Notes: generated from the letters alone by a model not told the origin. DNA of 64,000 nt from Sulfurospirillum sp. (GCA_045047115.1 JASFYR010000006.1:1-64000); one strand, 5' to 3'; positions 52,098 through 63,366 are shown, counted from the first letter of the stretch. A program made the numbers and translations.

Positions 52098-52297
52098 ATG
52101 AATCCTTTAAAAAAAATTTGTAGAGTTTGATTTACACATCACTCTCTTATAAAAACCATATAGATTTAAATAAGAGAGTAATCAATCAAAAACAACATAA
52201 ATCATTATACATTTATAAAATTAAGATTTAAATTAAATTTATAAGAAATTTTAAAAAATTTCTTATTTGTTTCATATTGCTACAATTTGTAGCAATA

Positions 52298-53185
52298 TTA
52301 CTTTTTTAAATACTTGCCATCAAGTGTAAAAAAAACAAGAGCAATCCAAATAAAAGAAAAAGTTATCAATTTTTTCGCATCAAAAGGCTCATGATAGACA
52401 AAAACCCCAAGTAAAAAAGCTATGGTTGGTCCAAAATATTGAAGAAAGCCTAATTTTACAAGAGAAACTCTTGTTGCTGCTGCGTTAAACCATAAAAGAG
52501 GGATTACCGTGATAAGTCCGGCACAGATAAGAAGTATAGAGATATAATTTAAAGGAAATTTAAAAGAATTTTCGCCCTGATAAATCAAATATGCGAAATA
52601 GACGAGTGCAAATGGTAAAACTATCAATGTTTCTATGTATAAACCTGTCACAGAGGGAAGGGATATTTTTTTCCTAAACATGCCATAAAAACCAAAAGTT
52701 AGTGCCAACGATATGGAGACAAGAGGAATAGAGCCAAAGACTATTATCTCATTCATAATTGCTAGCAGTGCAAAAATTATAGCTATATTTTGAAATTTTG
52801 TTGGTTTTTCTTTGAAGAAAATTATGCCAAGGACTACATTTACAATAGGATTGATATAGTATCCCAAGCTAGCTTCGGTGATATGACTGTTTGTAACCGC
52901 CCAGATAAAAATAAGCCAATTTGAAGAGACTAAAAAAGATGTCAAAAAAAGAATTTTTAATTTTTGTTTGTCTCTCAATATACTTTTAAATAAACTTACT
53001 TGCTTAGTTGCTATCACTAATACAGTCAGAAAAACAACAGACCAGATTATCCTGTGAACCAATATCTCTATAGGCGAGACGGATTTTACAAGCTTAAAAT
53101 ATATCGGCACCAGACCCCAAAAGACAAATGCCAAAATAGCATAGATTATGCCTTTTTTCTCTTCAGTTAAGTTTTTCAAAATCAT
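52298..53185 (-). CDS. rarD: EamA/DMT transporter RarD
   Basis: WGLVPIYFK, HRIIWS, EASLGYYINP, GFLQY. Confidence 0.92.
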   Translation of the reverse strand: MILKNLTEEKKGIIYAILAFVFWGLVPIYFKLVKSVSPIEILVHRIIWSVVFLTVLVIATKQVSLFKSILRDKQKLKILFLTSFLVSSNWLIFIWAVTNSHITEASLGYYINPIVNVVLGIIFFKEKPTKFQNIAIIFALLAIMNEIIVFGSIPLVSISLALTFGFYGMFRKKISLPSVTGLYIETLIVLPFALVYFAYLIYQGENSFKFPLNYISILLICAGLITVIPLLWFNAAATRVSLVKLGFLQYFGPTIAFLLGVFVYHEPFDAKKLITFSFIWIALVFFTLDGKYLKK

Positions 53186-53287
53186 CTCCGATTTGTAAAA
53201 AGTTATGCATTTTACAACTATTTTCTTAAATTTAAAGAAAAAAAATAGTATAATCTCCCAATTTTATAAAACAAGGTAAACAGAATA

Positions 53288-54661
53288 ATGAATCAAGTAG
53301 AAAATTGGGATAAATCCTCTTGGAGGGATTACAAAATAAAGCAACAACCTAGCTATCCAAATTCGGACGAATTGAAAAAAACCGAAAAAGAGATAAGTAA
53401 ATTTCCGCCGCTTGTATTTGCAGGAGAAGTAAGAAAATTAAAGAATGAATTGGCAAAAGTATGTGATGGAAAGGCATTTTTACTGCAAGGTGGTGATTGT
53501 GCAGAGAGTTTTGCCGAGTTTAATGCGGACAACATAAGAGATATGTTTAAGGTTATGATGCAAATGGCAGTAGTATTGACTTTTGCAGGAGGTTGTCCTG
53601 TAGTCAAAGTCGGCAGACTTGCAGGTCAGTTTGCAAAACCAAGATCTAGTGATTTTGAAGAGAAAGACGGACAAAAACTCCCAAGCTACAGGGGCGATAT
53701 CATAAACGACAATGAATTCAATGAAAAATCAAGAATTCCGGACCCCCAAAGAATGGTAAAAGCATACAACCAATCTTCTGCCACCATGAACCTGCTTCGT
53801 GCCTTTGCCAGAGGTGGTCTTGCTGATTTGCACAAGGTACATAAGTGGAACCTTGGGTTTGTAAAAGAGAATGCTCTTGGAGACAAGTATCAGGAGTTAG
53901 CAAATAAAATCACTGAAACTTTAGAATTCATGGAGGCTTGCGGAATCACATCGCAAAATACCCCTATGATAAATGAAACAGTACTGTATACTTCTCACGA
54001 AGCGCTTTTGCTAAATTACGAAGAGGCGCTCACCAGGGAAGACAGTATAAATGGTGGCATACTTGACTGTTCGGCTCATATGCTATGGATTGGAGATAGA
54101 ACCAGAGGAGTTGATGAGGCACATGTAGAGTTTTTAAGAGGAGTTATAAATCCTATCGGTATAAAAGCGGGTCCAAGTATGACTGAAGAGGATTTGCTTA
54201 GCTTGATAGAAAAATTAAACCCTCAAAATGAAGCCGGCAAGATAAATATCATAGTTAGGATGGGTGCAGATAAGATAGAAAAGGAGTTTCCAAAACTCTT
54301 AAGAGCAGTTAAAAATGCAGATAAAAAAGTAATTTGGAGCATAGATCCAATGCATGGCAATACTGTAAAAGCATCAAGCAACTATAAAACTAGGGCTTTT
54401 GATGAAATTTTAAAAGAAGTAAAGGGATTTTTCAAAGTACACGAGCAAGAAGGCACATTTCCAGGAGGTGTCCACCTGGAGATGACCGGACAAGATGTAA
54501 CAGAATGCATAGGCGGAACAAAAGAGATCACAGAAGACGGACTAGGTGAGAGATATAACACCCGTTGTGATCCAAGACTAAATGCAAATCAGGCTTTAGA
54601 GCTTGCATTTTTGATAGCACAGTCTCTAAAAGAGGCACGAGACAGGATGAAAAATACATAG
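53288..54661 (+). CDS. Class II DAHP synthase
   Basis: [37 protein letters not shown]. Confidence 0.96.
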   Translation: MNQVENWDKSSWRDYKIKQQPSYPNSDELKKTEKEISKFPPLVFAGEVRKLKNELAKVCDGKAFLLQGGDCAESFAEFNADNIRDMFKVMMQMAVVLTFAGGCPVVKVGRLAGQFAKPRSSDFEEKDGQKLPSYRGDIINDNEFNEKSRIPDPQRMVKAYNQSSATMNLLRAFARGGLADLHKVHKWNLGFVKENALGDKYQELANKITETLEFMEACGITSQNTPMINETVLYTSHEALLLNYEEALTREDSINGGILDCSAHMLWIGDRTRGVDEAHVEFLRGVINPIGIKAGPSMTEEDLLSLIEKLNPQNEAGKINIIVRMGADKIEKEFPKLLRAVKNADKKVIWSIDPMHGNTVKASSNYKTRAFDEILKEVKGFFKVHEQEGTFPGGVHLEMTGQDVTECIGGTKEITEDGLGERYNTRCDPRLNANQALELAFLIAQSLKEARDRMKNT

Positions 54662-54669
54662 AGAGACTG

Positions 54670-55281
54670 ATGAAAAAATATTTAAACAGCAAAAACAGTA
54701 TCAAGATATCTATTTTCATAACATCATTTGTCTTATCAATAGTAGTCTTGTTTAATCTTTTCTCAAACCCACTGGACTCTTCAAAGTCCGTGTCATATCT
54801 TTTGCTTTTAATACTCTTTGCTATTTGTGTAAATTTAGGTTTAGGCATACTTAAAAGTTTCATAGATTTTTCACAAAACAGGTGGGTATTTTATACAATA
54901 CAGTGGATTTTGACTTTTTTAGTTCCTGTAACACTGATAGTTTTGATAGAGCACCCACTTCAAAAAAAAATTATGGCGGATGTGTCCAAGAGTATGGAAC
55001 CGACTCTGAATTACATAAAAAATTATAAGAAAAACAGTGCCGTATTGCCGGTAAATATCCAAGCAACGAAAGAGATAAAACTAAAATATTACCGTAAAGG
55101 TAAATTTTATATGCTAGCAACAGAGATATACCCGAGCAAGACAGATAAAGAGACTATATATTTTAATTCCAAAGACAATAAATGGTACAGATTTCATAAT
55201 GACCAATATGAATACTATAAAGACAAAAAAATTGTACCGCCAAATTTAAAAAACTTTATATGGTTTACAGATGGAAGATGA
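54670..55281 (+). CDS. Hypothetical membrane protein (3 TM plus soluble C-terminal domain)
   Basis: 203-aa ORF 8 nt after DAHP synthase. Confidence 0.75.
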   Translation: MKKYLNSKNSIKISIFITSFVLSIVVLFNLFSNPLDSSKSVSYLLLLILFAICVNLGLGILKSFIDFSQNRWVFYTIQWILTFLVPVTLIVLIEHPLQKKIMADVSKSMEPTLNYIKNYKKNSAVLPVNIQATKEIKLKYYRKGKFYMLATEIYPSKTDKETIYFNSKDNKWYRFHNDQYEYYKDKKIVPPNLKNFIWFTDGR

Positions 55282-55285
55282 GCAA

Positions 55286-55855
55286 TTAGTTTAATGATAT
55301 GATTTTATCACTACACCAACTTGCAAGAGATTCATCGTGAGTTATCAGCAGAATTCCCGTTCTGTCCAGAAACTTCAAAAGTAGCTTCATCACTTCTAGT
55401 TGAGTTATGTTATCAAGTGCACTTGTAGGCTCATCTGCTAATACAAGATCCGGTTTCATCAAAATTGAACGCAAGATAGAGCATCTTTGCAGTTGTCCGC
55501 CACTAAGAAGATGTGGTTTGCTCTCCAATAGTTTTCTTTCTAAATTTAACTCTTCACACAAGAAATCGATATTATCTGTATTTGTTACATCTTTTATCTG
55601 GTCTATTATCTTGTAGGTCGGATGAAAAGAGGTGTATGGATCTTGAAATATTTGTGAAATCTTGCCTACTTTAATACTGCCACTGTCTGGTTTAAGATTT
55701 TTACTTATAAGTTCAAAAAGTGTGCTTTTACCACTACCACTAGGTCCTACTATACAGACAACTTCACCTATCTCTGCATGTAGGTAGAAGTTATCATATA
55801 CCTTTTTTTTGCCATCATAAGAAAATGTGAGAGCTTTTATATCTAATATCTTCAC
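55286..55855 (-). CDS. Stand-alone ABC ATP-binding protein
   Basis: [38 protein letters not shown] overlaps proA stop. Confidence 0.9.
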   Translation of the reverse strand: MKILDIKALTFSYDGKKKVYDNFYLHAEIGEVVCIVGPSGSGKSTLFELISKNLKPDSGSIKVGKISQIFQDPYTSFHPTYKIIDQIKDVTNTDNIDFLCEELNLERKLLESKPHLLSGGQLQRCSILRSILMKPDLVLADEPTSALDNITQLEVMKLLLKFLDRTGILLITHDESLASWCSDKIISLN

Positions 55856-57087
55856 TCTCTTATATTGCCATTGCCATAAATTTTAAATTTATAAGTTGTC
55901 AAATCATTTATACCCATAGGTCCTCTTGCATGAAGTTTATTTGTACTTATGCCAACTTCAGCACCAAAACCAAACTCTGCTCCGTCAGTAAATCTTGTGC
56001 TGGAATTTACATAAACGCAGGCAGAATCCACTTCATCCAAAAATTTTTCAGAATTTGAGTAATTTTGCGTCAAAATAGAGTCCGAATGACCGGAGCCGTA
56101 ACTGTTTATATGCTCGATCGCTTCTTCGATACTCTCAACTATCTTTATAGAGAGTATATTGTCTAGATATTCTGTACAAAAATCCTCTTCACTCGCAAGC
56201 TCAACTTCTATAAAAGACCTCGTTTTCTGACAGCCTAAAAGTCTGGTGTTTTGCTTATTGTACTCATCCATCAGTAGAGGTAAAATCTCTTTAGCTATAT
56301 CTTGGTGAACCAGTAGCGTCTCCATGGCGTTGCAAACACCTGTTCTTTGGCATTTTGCATTTATAACAATATCTGTAGCATTTTGGATTTTTGCACTCTT
56401 GTCAATAAAAATATGACAAAGCCCTTTATCATGTTTAACGACAGGGACAGTTGAATTTTGGGATACATATCTTATGAGTGCTTCTCCGCCTCTTGGTATG
56501 ATAAGATCTACAAACTTATCCATCTTTATGAGTTTCGCTACACCCTCTCTGCTATTGTCTGGGATTAGTGATATAATCTCTGTAGGAAGTGAATTTCTAG
56601 CTAAGACTTCTTGCAAAAGAGTAGCTATGATTTGATTGCTGTTTTGCGCCTCTTTGCCACCTTTTAGTACACAAACATTACCACTCTTGAAACATAGTGC
56701 CGCTGTATCGCTTGTGACATTTGGACGGCTTTCATATATGATACCAATTACGCCTATAGGAACACTTACCTTTTCTATCCTAAGACCACTTGGCACAACC
56801 CAACCATCCAAAATTCTACCAACAGGTTCCCTTAAGGTTGCAATTTCCCTTATGCTGTTTGCCATATTTATCACTCTTTTTTCATCCAATAAAAGTCTGT
56901 CAAGCAGGGCATAAGAGAGACTGTTTTTTCTTCCTGATTCTATATCTTTAAAATTCTCTTCTACTATAATTTTACTATTTCTTTCGATATGGTCTGCCAT
57001 CTGCATCAATATATCAGATTTTATTTTTGGTTGCAGATTTGATATGATTCTGCTGGATTTTTTTGCTAATTTTAAAAAATTTTCCAT
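55852..57087 (-). CDS. proA: Gamma-glutamyl phosphate reductase
   Basis: IYESRPNVT, LKGGKEA, CNAMET, NSSTRFTDG, GISTNKLHARGP. Confidence 0.97.
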   Translation of the reverse strand: MENFLKLAKKSSRIISNLQPKIKSDILMQMADHIERNSKIIVEENFKDIESGRKNSLSYALLDRLLLDEKRVINMANSIREIATLREPVGRILDGWVVPSGLRIEKVSVPIGVIGIIYESRPNVTSDTAALCFKSGNVCVLKGGKEAQNSNQIIATLLQEVLARNSLPTEIISLIPDNSREGVAKLIKMDKFVDLIIPRGGEALIRYVSQNSTVPVVKHDKGLCHIFIDKSAKIQNATDIVINAKCQRTGVCNAMETLLVHQDIAKEILPLLMDEYNKQNTRLLGCQKTRSFIEVELASEEDFCTEYLDNILSIKIVESIEEAIEHINSYGSGHSDSILTQNYSNSEKFLDEVDSACVYVNSSTRFTDGAEFGFGAEVGISTNKLHARGPMGINDLTTYKFKIYGNGNIRE

Positions 57088-57204
57088 CCCGATTCCCTTA
57101 ATTTTAACTTTGTTTTAATATTTAAATATTTTTTTGAAGTTTTTACACTAAATTTAATATTTTTTAGATAGAATATACGCAATTATACAACTAAAGGAGT
57201 TAAA

Positions 57205-58158
57205 ATGCAACAAATTTATGATGTGATTATTATCGGTGGTGGTCCCGGTGGTGTAGGTGCCGCTATCGAATCAAAAGTTTTGGGACTTGATAGAATCCTT
57301 GTTATTGAAAAGGGTGATAACCATTCTCAGACAATCAGAAAATTTTATAAAGACAATAAGAGAGTCGATAAAGACTATCAGGGACAAGAAGTAGAGATAA
57401 AAGGAAATGTAGAATTTCTCGATGGCACAAAAGAGAGTACACTTGATTATTTCGATGAATTAATAGACAACGAAGAGATTGACATTGCTTTTAATACGGA
57501 AGTTGAGAAGATAGAAAAGAGAGATGATATGTTTTTTGTTACCACTGCAAATGCAGGATATACCGCCAAAAATGTTATCATAGCAATTGGAAGGATGGGG
57601 AAGCCAAACAAACCTAGTTATAAAATTCCTCTATCTATAAGACAAAGAGTAAACTTCAATCTCGAAAAATGTACACAGGGCGAAAAGATAGTTGTTGTCG
57701 GTGGCGGTGACTCTGCTGTCGAGTATGCAGTTTACCTTTCAAACACAAATAATGTAACTCTGAACTACAGAAGAACAGAATTTCCCAGAATAAATGACAT
57801 AAACAGACAAGAATTAAAAGATGCTATAGGTTATGAAAAGTTAAGACCAAGACTCGGATGCAATATACTTTCAGTTGAAAATGAAGATGGACTTGTCAAA
57901 GTAAACTATGATGATGGCTATAGCGTTGTCTACGATAGAGCAATATACGCGATAGGCGGAACAACTCCTGTTGAATTTTTAAGAAAATGCGGTGTTGAGC
58001 TAGATGAGAACAAACAGCCTATCATAGATGATAATTTTGAGACAAAAACGAAAGGACTCTTTATAGTTGGTGATTTGGCGGTAGACAGTGGCGGAAGTAT
58101 AGCCATCGCTCTAAATCATGCTTTCAATGCTGTTACACATATGTTAGGAGACAGATAG
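57205..58158 (+). CDS. fqrB: Thioredoxin-reductase-like flavoprotein, FqrB (flavodoxin:quinone reductase) type
   Basis: GGGPGG, FYKDNKRVDKDY, AIGRMGKPN, GGGDSAVEYA, no CxxC; divergent from proA as I recall in Campylobacter. Confidence 0.75.
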   Translation: MQQIYDVIIIGGGPGGVGAAIESKVLGLDRILVIEKGDNHSQTIRKFYKDNKRVDKDYQGQEVEIKGNVEFLDGTKESTLDYFDELIDNEEIDIAFNTEVEKIEKRDDMFFVTTANAGYTAKNVIIAIGRMGKPNKPSYKIPLSIRQRVNFNLEKCTQGEKIVVVGGGDSAVEYAVYLSNTNNVTLNYRRTEFPRINDINRQELKDAIGYEKLRPRLGCNILSVENEDGLVKVNYDDGYSVVYDRAIYAIGGTTPVEFLRKCGVELDENKQPIIDDNFETKTKGLFIVGDLAVDSGGSIAIALNHAFNAVTHMLGDR

Positions 58159-58167
58159 ACAAAATAC

Positions 58168-58791
58168 ATGAAACCAAACTCTTCGCTGCTAAATATAATA
58201 TTGAGTTTTATACTTCTTGCTGGTGCTCTTATTTGTTATAAAAACTATAAATTTGAAGGCATTGGCAAGAAAGAGTTGGATAAAAAATATATATTAAAAT
58301 CCAGTGTAAAATTTAAAGATTTACCAACAAATGAACAAAAAAAGTATATCTGCAAAAAATCCCTCTCTTACTCAGAAAAACCTCTTATAGATTTTAGCGA
58401 CAAGAGCATAGACCAAAGCAACATCAACTCTGTCAAAAAATTAAGAAAGATTATAAAAAGTCTCAAATCTAAAATATCTATCATACAAAATGACAATATT
58501 CAACTCTCAAACGATAAAGAAGATATGCAAAAAATTGTAGAAAAAATGAAGATAGAATTTAAAAAGCAAAGAGACAAACTCCTTAAGCAAAATATGCAAC
58601 AGATAAATGATACTGAACAGCAACACTACAAAAATATAAGTGAGTTAACAACAAAAATCAATGATCTCCAAAGAGAAAATATCAAACTCTCCAAAGATAA
58701 TAACATAGAAATCATAGCTCTTAAAGCAAAAATAAATATATTAAATGATAAATTATCAAAATTAAATAAAAAAAAAATAAAAAAAGTTTAA
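58168..58791 (+). CDS. Hypothetical membrane-anchored coiled-coil protein
   Basis: N-terminal TM, K/Q/E/N-rich heptad region. Confidence 0.75.
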   Translation: MKPNSSLLNIILSFILLAGALICYKNYKFEGIGKKELDKKYILKSSVKFKDLPTNEQKKYICKKSLSYSEKPLIDFSDKSIDQSNINSVKKLRKIIKSLKSKISIIQNDNIQLSNDKEDMQKIVEKMKIEFKKQRDKLLKQNMQQINDTEQQHYKNISELTTKINDLQRENIKLSKDNNIEIIALKAKINILNDKLSKLNKKKIKKV

Positions 58792-58795
58792 ACCA

Positions 58796-59485
58796 GTGAT
58801 TTTAAAACAATATACAGATAGCTATAGATATAACAGCGATACGATTTTTTTATATAATTTTATAACAAGGTATAACATAAAAGGCTCGATTCTGGATGTC
58901 GGGTCTGGTTGTGGAGTTTTAGGTTTGTTGATAAAAAGGGATTTTTCAAATATCAAATTGACTCAAATAGAGATACAAGAGAAGTATGCAACTCTTTGTG
59001 CTAAAAATGCAAAAATCAACAATTTGGACTCAGAAATTATAAATGACGACTTTTTAAACAGCTCTTTTGAAGAGAAATTTGACTTTATCATTTCAAATCC
59101 GCCTTTTTATCATAGCGGCTCACTAAAAAGCGAAAACAGTTCTCTGCTTTTAAGCAGACACAGCGACTCTCTTGTTTTTGAAGAATTTGCAAAAAAGGCT
59201 CATAAAACGCTTAAACCAAAAGGTTCTTTTATATTCTGCTATGATGCAAAACAGGTTGATTTTTTATTAAAATATCTTTTAGAGGCTAAATTTAAAGTAA
59301 ATGAGATACAATTTGTACATGTAAATAGACAAAAGAGCGCATCTTTGGTGAACATACATGCAAAAAGAGAATCAAAATCTTTATGCAAAATTTTACCACC
59401 ACTAATTTTATATCAAGACGGCAAACACTCCACACAAGTAAATGAGATATATAAAAAGGCAGATACAAACAGTGAAGATATATAA
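58796..59485 (+). CDS. tRNA1(Val) m6A37 methyltransferase-like (TrmN6/YfiC family)
   Basis: YRYNSD, LDVGSGCG, SNPPFY. Confidence 0.85.
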   Translation: MILKQYTDSYRYNSDTIFLYNFITRYNIKGSILDVGSGCGVLGLLIKRDFSNIKLTQIEIQEKYATLCAKNAKINNLDSEIINDDFLNSSFEEKFDFIISNPPFYHSGSLKSENSSLLLSRHSDSLVFEEFAKKAHKTLKPKGSFIFCYDAKQVDFLLKYLLEAKFKVNEIQFVHVNRQKSASLVNIHAKRESKSLCKILPPLILYQDGKHSTQVNEIYKKADTNSEDI

Positions 59486-59846
59486 AAAGGGGTACAATTA
59501 CTGTTTTGATGCAGATGCTTGCAAAGAGTGTGCGGGAAACTGTTGCATTGGAGAGAGTGGTTATATCTGGGTAACTCCTGATGAGATAGTGAAAATTGCT
59601 GATTTTTTAGGTATATATCTGGACGAATTTTATGAAAAATATCTAAAAAAAGTAAAATATAGATTTTCGTTAAAAGAGATAGAGTATAATGACGGATATA
59701 GATGTCTGTTTTTCGATACTGATAAAAAACAGTGCAAGATATACAGTGTAAGACCAACACAGTGTATCAGCTTCCCTTTTTGGGAACATTTTAAAACAAA
59801 TATAAAAGAAGCGGAGAGAGAATGTCCCGGTATAATACGACTTTAA
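59472..59846 (+). CDS. YkgJ-family cysteine-cluster protein
   Basis: CKECAGNCC, CLFFD, CKIYSVRPTQCISFPFW, ECPGI; GTG 59472 probable start. Confidence 0.88.
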   Translation: MKIYKKGYNYCFDADACKECAGNCCIGESGYIWVTPDEIVKIADFLGIYLDEFYEKYLKKVKYRFSLKEIEYNDGYRCLFFDTDKKQCKIYSVRPTQCISFPFWEHFKTNIKEAERECPGIIRL

Positions 59847-61090
59847 TACTTTTGACGGTTTTTCTGTTTGTCGGCTGTAGTGTGAAAACTCCTACTGTTC
59901 AGATAGGGAAAAAAGCTTTTCAAAATGAAGATATTATGATTGTAACAGCTTTAGAGGCACAAAGAATAGGCAGGTACACTGATGCCATGAAAATCTTTCA
60001 AACTCTATATGAAAAAACCCAGAAAGTGAACTACCTGACACAGGTTGCCAAGATGTCCTTTTTGGCACAAGATTACAAAAAAACTCTTGCTTTACTAAAA
60101 AATGCTGTAAAAAAGTACCCTCAAAATGAAGAGTTTAAAAAGCTTTTGGTCGGAATATACATAAAAGAAAAAAAATATGATGATGCACAAAAGATTGCTT
60201 TAGAGTTATTAAAAAAAAATAGAAACCCTCAAACTCTATCAATTTTAGGTGATATATATATGTTGCAAAAATCATATGATTTAGCTCTGAAATACTACGA
60301 GAGTGCTTTTAGGATCAATAACTCAAGCAAAACTCTCTTAAATATGGCAAATCTTCTATATAAGTATTTAGATAGAAAACAAGAAGCCATATCTTATCTT
60401 GAAACATATATCAGATTACAGGATGCCGGCGAGAGAGTCTATTTTACTCTAATTAAAATTTATGGCGAAGAAAAAAATATAAACGGACTTATCTCGACAT
60501 ATAAAAAGCTGTATTACAAATTTAAAAGAGATGAATACGGCAAAAAAGTGATAGAGCTTTTGATGTACAAAAGAGACAGAAGAGGGGCTATTGATTTTCT
60601 GGAGAAGAGTGATTATGATCCTAAAATGCTTATAGATATCTACACATCTTTAAAAGACTTCAAAAATGCCTATAAAATTGCACAAAAATTATATAAACAG
60701 ACCAATAACAGCGACTATCTGGGAAAAATGGCAATTTATCAATATGAAGAGAACAAAGACCACTTAAACCCAAAGATTTTAGCATCCATATCCAAAAAAT
60801 TTGAAGCAATCTTAAAAGACAGACAAGATCCCTTGTACCTTAACTATTACGGATACTTGTTGATTGATCATAATTTGAATGTTAAAAAAGGCATAAGACT
60901 TGTCAAATTAGCACTCAAAAAAGAGCCTGAATCCGTATTTTATCTAGACTCTCTTGCGTGGGGATACTATAAATTAAACAAGTGTCAAAAAGCTTTGGAT
61001 ATCATGAAGAAGTTTATAGATGAAAACAGCGAGCCTGAAGTGACGATGCACTATAACAAAATCTTAAATTGCCTAAAAGAGAAAAAATGA
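59822..61090 (+). CDS. TPR-repeat lipoprotein
   Basis: Lipobox FVGC, TPRs, [21 protein letters not shown]. Confidence 0.88.
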   Translation: MSRYNTTLILLTVFLFVGCSVKTPTVQIGKKAFQNEDIMIVTALEAQRIGRYTDAMKIFQTLYEKTQKVNYLTQVAKMSFLAQDYKKTLALLKNAVKKYPQNEEFKKLLVGIYIKEKKYDDAQKIALELLKKNRNPQTLSILGDIYMLQKSYDLALKYYESAFRINNSSKTLLNMANLLYKYLDRKQEAISYLETYIRLQDAGERVYFTLIKIYGEEKNINGLISTYKKLYYKFKRDEYGKKVIELLMYKRDRRGAIDFLEKSDYDPKMLIDIYTSLKDFKNAYKIAQKLYKQTNNSDYLGKMAIYQYEENKDHLNPKILASISKKFEAILKDRQDPLYLNYYGYLLIDHNLNVKKGIRLVKLALKKEPESVFYLDSLAWGYYKLNKCQKALDIMKKFIDENSEPEVTMHYNKILNCLKEKK

Positions 61091-61872
61091 TACTAGATGA
61101 TATAATCAAAAAAACAAAAGAAGATCTAAAAAAGAGAAAAAAAGAGTTTTCTCTTGATTGGCTGGGCAGAAGCTTGGCGTACAATCCTTATCCTCCAAGA
61201 GATGTCAAGCCTTTTTTGACAACGAGTAAAAATGATCCATACAAAATCATAGCCGAAGTAAAAAAAGCAAGTCCTAGTAAAGGTGTCATAAGAGAGGATT
61301 TTGATCCTCTCTTGATAGCAAAAGAGTATGAAAAAGGCGGAGCAAACGCCATATCGGTTCTAACTGAGCCTCATTTTTTTCAAGGAAATCTAGAATATCT
61401 AACGATGCTGAGAAGATATGTATCTACGCCACTTCTTAGGAAAGACTTCATCATAGATGAGTATCAGTTACTCGAAGCCGTAGTCTATGGAGCGGATTTT
61501 ATATTGCTAATTGCAAAGGCTCTTTCAAAAAAAGAATTAAAAAGGCTTTTAGAATATGCTTGGCACCTGGGACTTGATGCTCTTGTGGAGATTCATGATA
61601 AAGAGGACTTGACAAAGGCCATCTTTGCCGGTGCTGATATCATAGGTATAAATCATAGAAATCTTGAAACTTTTGAAATGGATATGAAGCTGAGTGAAAA
61701 ACTCATGCCACTCATACCAAATGGAAAGATTATAGTTGCTGAAAGTGGATTAAGCGACAAGGAGACACTGGTGGAGTTAAATAAAATTGGAGTTGATGCC
61801 TTTTTGATAGGTGAATATTTTATGCGAAAAGAGAATATCACACAAAGTTTACAGGAGTTTAAAAAAAGATGA
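61087..61872 (+). CDS. trpC: Indole-3-glycerol phosphate synthase
   Basis: [37 protein letters not shown] 61087. Confidence 0.96.
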   Translation: MILDDIIKKTKEDLKKRKKEFSLDWLGRSLAYNPYPPRDVKPFLTTSKNDPYKIIAEVKKASPSKGVIREDFDPLLIAKEYEKGGANAISVLTEPHFFQGNLEYLTMLRRYVSTPLLRKDFIIDEYQLLEAVVYGADFILLIAKALSKKELKRLLEYAWHLGLDALVEIHDKEDLTKAIFAGADIIGINHRNLETFEMDMKLSEKLMPLIPNGKIIVAESGLSDKETLVELNKIGVDAFLIGEYFMRKENITQSLQEFKKR

Positions 61873-62363
61873 ATCACCTGTATGCACCTTGGAGAAGAGA
61901 GTATGTGACGACAAAAAAGAGTGGTTGTGTTTTTTGTGACATAGCAAAAGAGGAGAACTGTGATGAGCAAAACTATGTACTATACAGAGACAAATACTGT
62001 TTTGTAGTGATGAACAAATACCCATATACTGCCGGACACATAATGGTTATCCCGTTAGAGCATATAGACAACATAGAGCACCTAGACGAAAAAGTGTGGC
62101 TACACATAAGCCGTATCGTAAAAAAATGCGTATCAATGCTAAAAAAAGAGTTTAGAGCTGATGGAATAAATCTAGGTATGAATCTAGGAAAAGGTGCTGG
62201 TGCCGGAATAGCAGAACATGTACACTATCACATCATGCCAAGATGGATAGGAGATACAAATTTTATAACAACTATCGCTGATACTAGAGTTTTCTCAAGT
62301 GATTTCGAAAAAATATATGAGAGATTAAGGAAAGATATAAAAAATTATGTTACAAACAATTAG
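61869..62363 (+). CDS. HIT family nucleotide hydrolase
   Basis: [25 protein letters not shown]. Confidence 0.93.
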   Translation: MNHLYAPWRREYVTTKKSGCVFCDIAKEENCDEQNYVLYRDKYCFVVMNKYPYTAGHIMVIPLEHIDNIEHLDEKVWLHISRIVKKCVSMLKKEFRADGINLGMNLGKGAGAGIAEHVHYHIMPRWIGDTNFITTIADTRVFSSDFEKIYERLRKDIKNYVTNN

Positions 62364-63366
62364 CACAGATGAGTTTTTAGAGCAATATGATGAATTTGAA
62401 CTCATAATCGATGCTAGAAGCCCTAAAGAATTTGCTCACTCAAAGATACCCAATGCTACAAATTTATTTGCTCTTAGCAATAAAGAACATGAAGAGATAG
62501 GATATATCTATAAACAAAAATCAAAAAGAGAGGCAAAAGTAAGAGGTGCTAGCTATGTATGCCTAAATGCTGCAAATCATGTTTTTGAGCTAAATAAGCT
62601 ATGCCGTATAGGCTCAAAAATAGCCATATACTGTGCCAGGGGAGGGCTAAGATCAGGCTCTTTGGCAACTATCTTTTCAAATATTGGCTACAGAGTATAT
62701 AAACTCGATCTTGGCTACAAGGGTTTTAGGAGTAAAGCTGCCAAATACCTTGAAAATTTTCCACATAGAGATTTTATTGTTCTGGGAGGAAACACAGGGT
62801 GTGGAAAGAGTGAGCTAATCCAAGCACTTCCAAACTCTATAGATCTAGAAGCTTTAGCAAACCATTTAGGCTCAACCTTCGGCTCCGTAAAAGGTGAACA
62901 ACCTTCACAGAAAGAGTTCCAAAACAGACTCTTTTTCAAGCTCTTAGAAACTGATTATACAAAGCCTATCTTTATAGAGGGAGAGAGCAAAAGAATAGGA
63001 AAGATCATATTACCCGACTTATTGTACAAACGAATGGGTGAGGGCAAAAGGATAGAGATAACAGCAAAAATTGAGCAAAGGGTGCAGAGAATTTTAAATG
63101 ATTATACAGATATAGATGATGCTTTCTTTTACTACTGTATGGATAAAATTTCACCATATATTAAAAAAGAGACGAAAGAAGAGACCATACGGTATTATAA
63201 GGAAAGAAACCTTGAAAAAGTCTCTGAACTCTTGCTTTTGGACTATTATGACCATGTCTATAAAAAACCTCTCCATATAGACGACACCATATCTAACACC
63301 GATAAACAAAATACAGTCAAATACCTGGAAGAAAAATATTTTACTCCACCAAGTACTGCTAAATAG
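62347..63366 (+). CDS. mnmH: tRNA 2-selenouridine synthase
   Basis: Rhodanese IDARSPKEF, YCARGGLRS, P-loop GNTGCGKS, DLEALANH.GS.FG, EGESKRIG. Confidence 0.93.
   Translation: MLQTISTDEFLEQYDEFELIIDARSPKEFAHSKIPNATNLFALSNKEHEEIGYIYKQKSKREAKVRGASYVCLNAANHVFELNKLCRIGSKIAIYCARGGLRSGSLATIFSNIGYRVYKLDLGYKGFRSKAAKYLENFPHRDFIVLGGNTGCGKSELIQALPNSIDLEALANHLGSTFGSVKGEQPSQKEFQNRLFFKLLETDYTKPIFIEGESKRIGKIILPDLLYKRMGEGKRIEITAKIEQRVQRILNDYTDIDDAFFYYCMDKISPYIKKETKEETIRYYKERNLEKVSELLLLDYYDHVYKKPLHIDDTISNTDKQNTVKYLEEKYFTPPSTAK

Noticed and set aside
57205..58158. Calling this gene thioredoxin reductase trxB
   Set aside because: No redox-active CxxC; sequence fits the FqrB type
95..62939. Many antisense or alternate-frame ORFs in the track (e.g. 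95-556, 763-1353, 8596-9069, 30216-30806, 35612-36211)
   Set aside because: They lie wholly within well-supported genes, show no motifs, and are expected shadow ORFs
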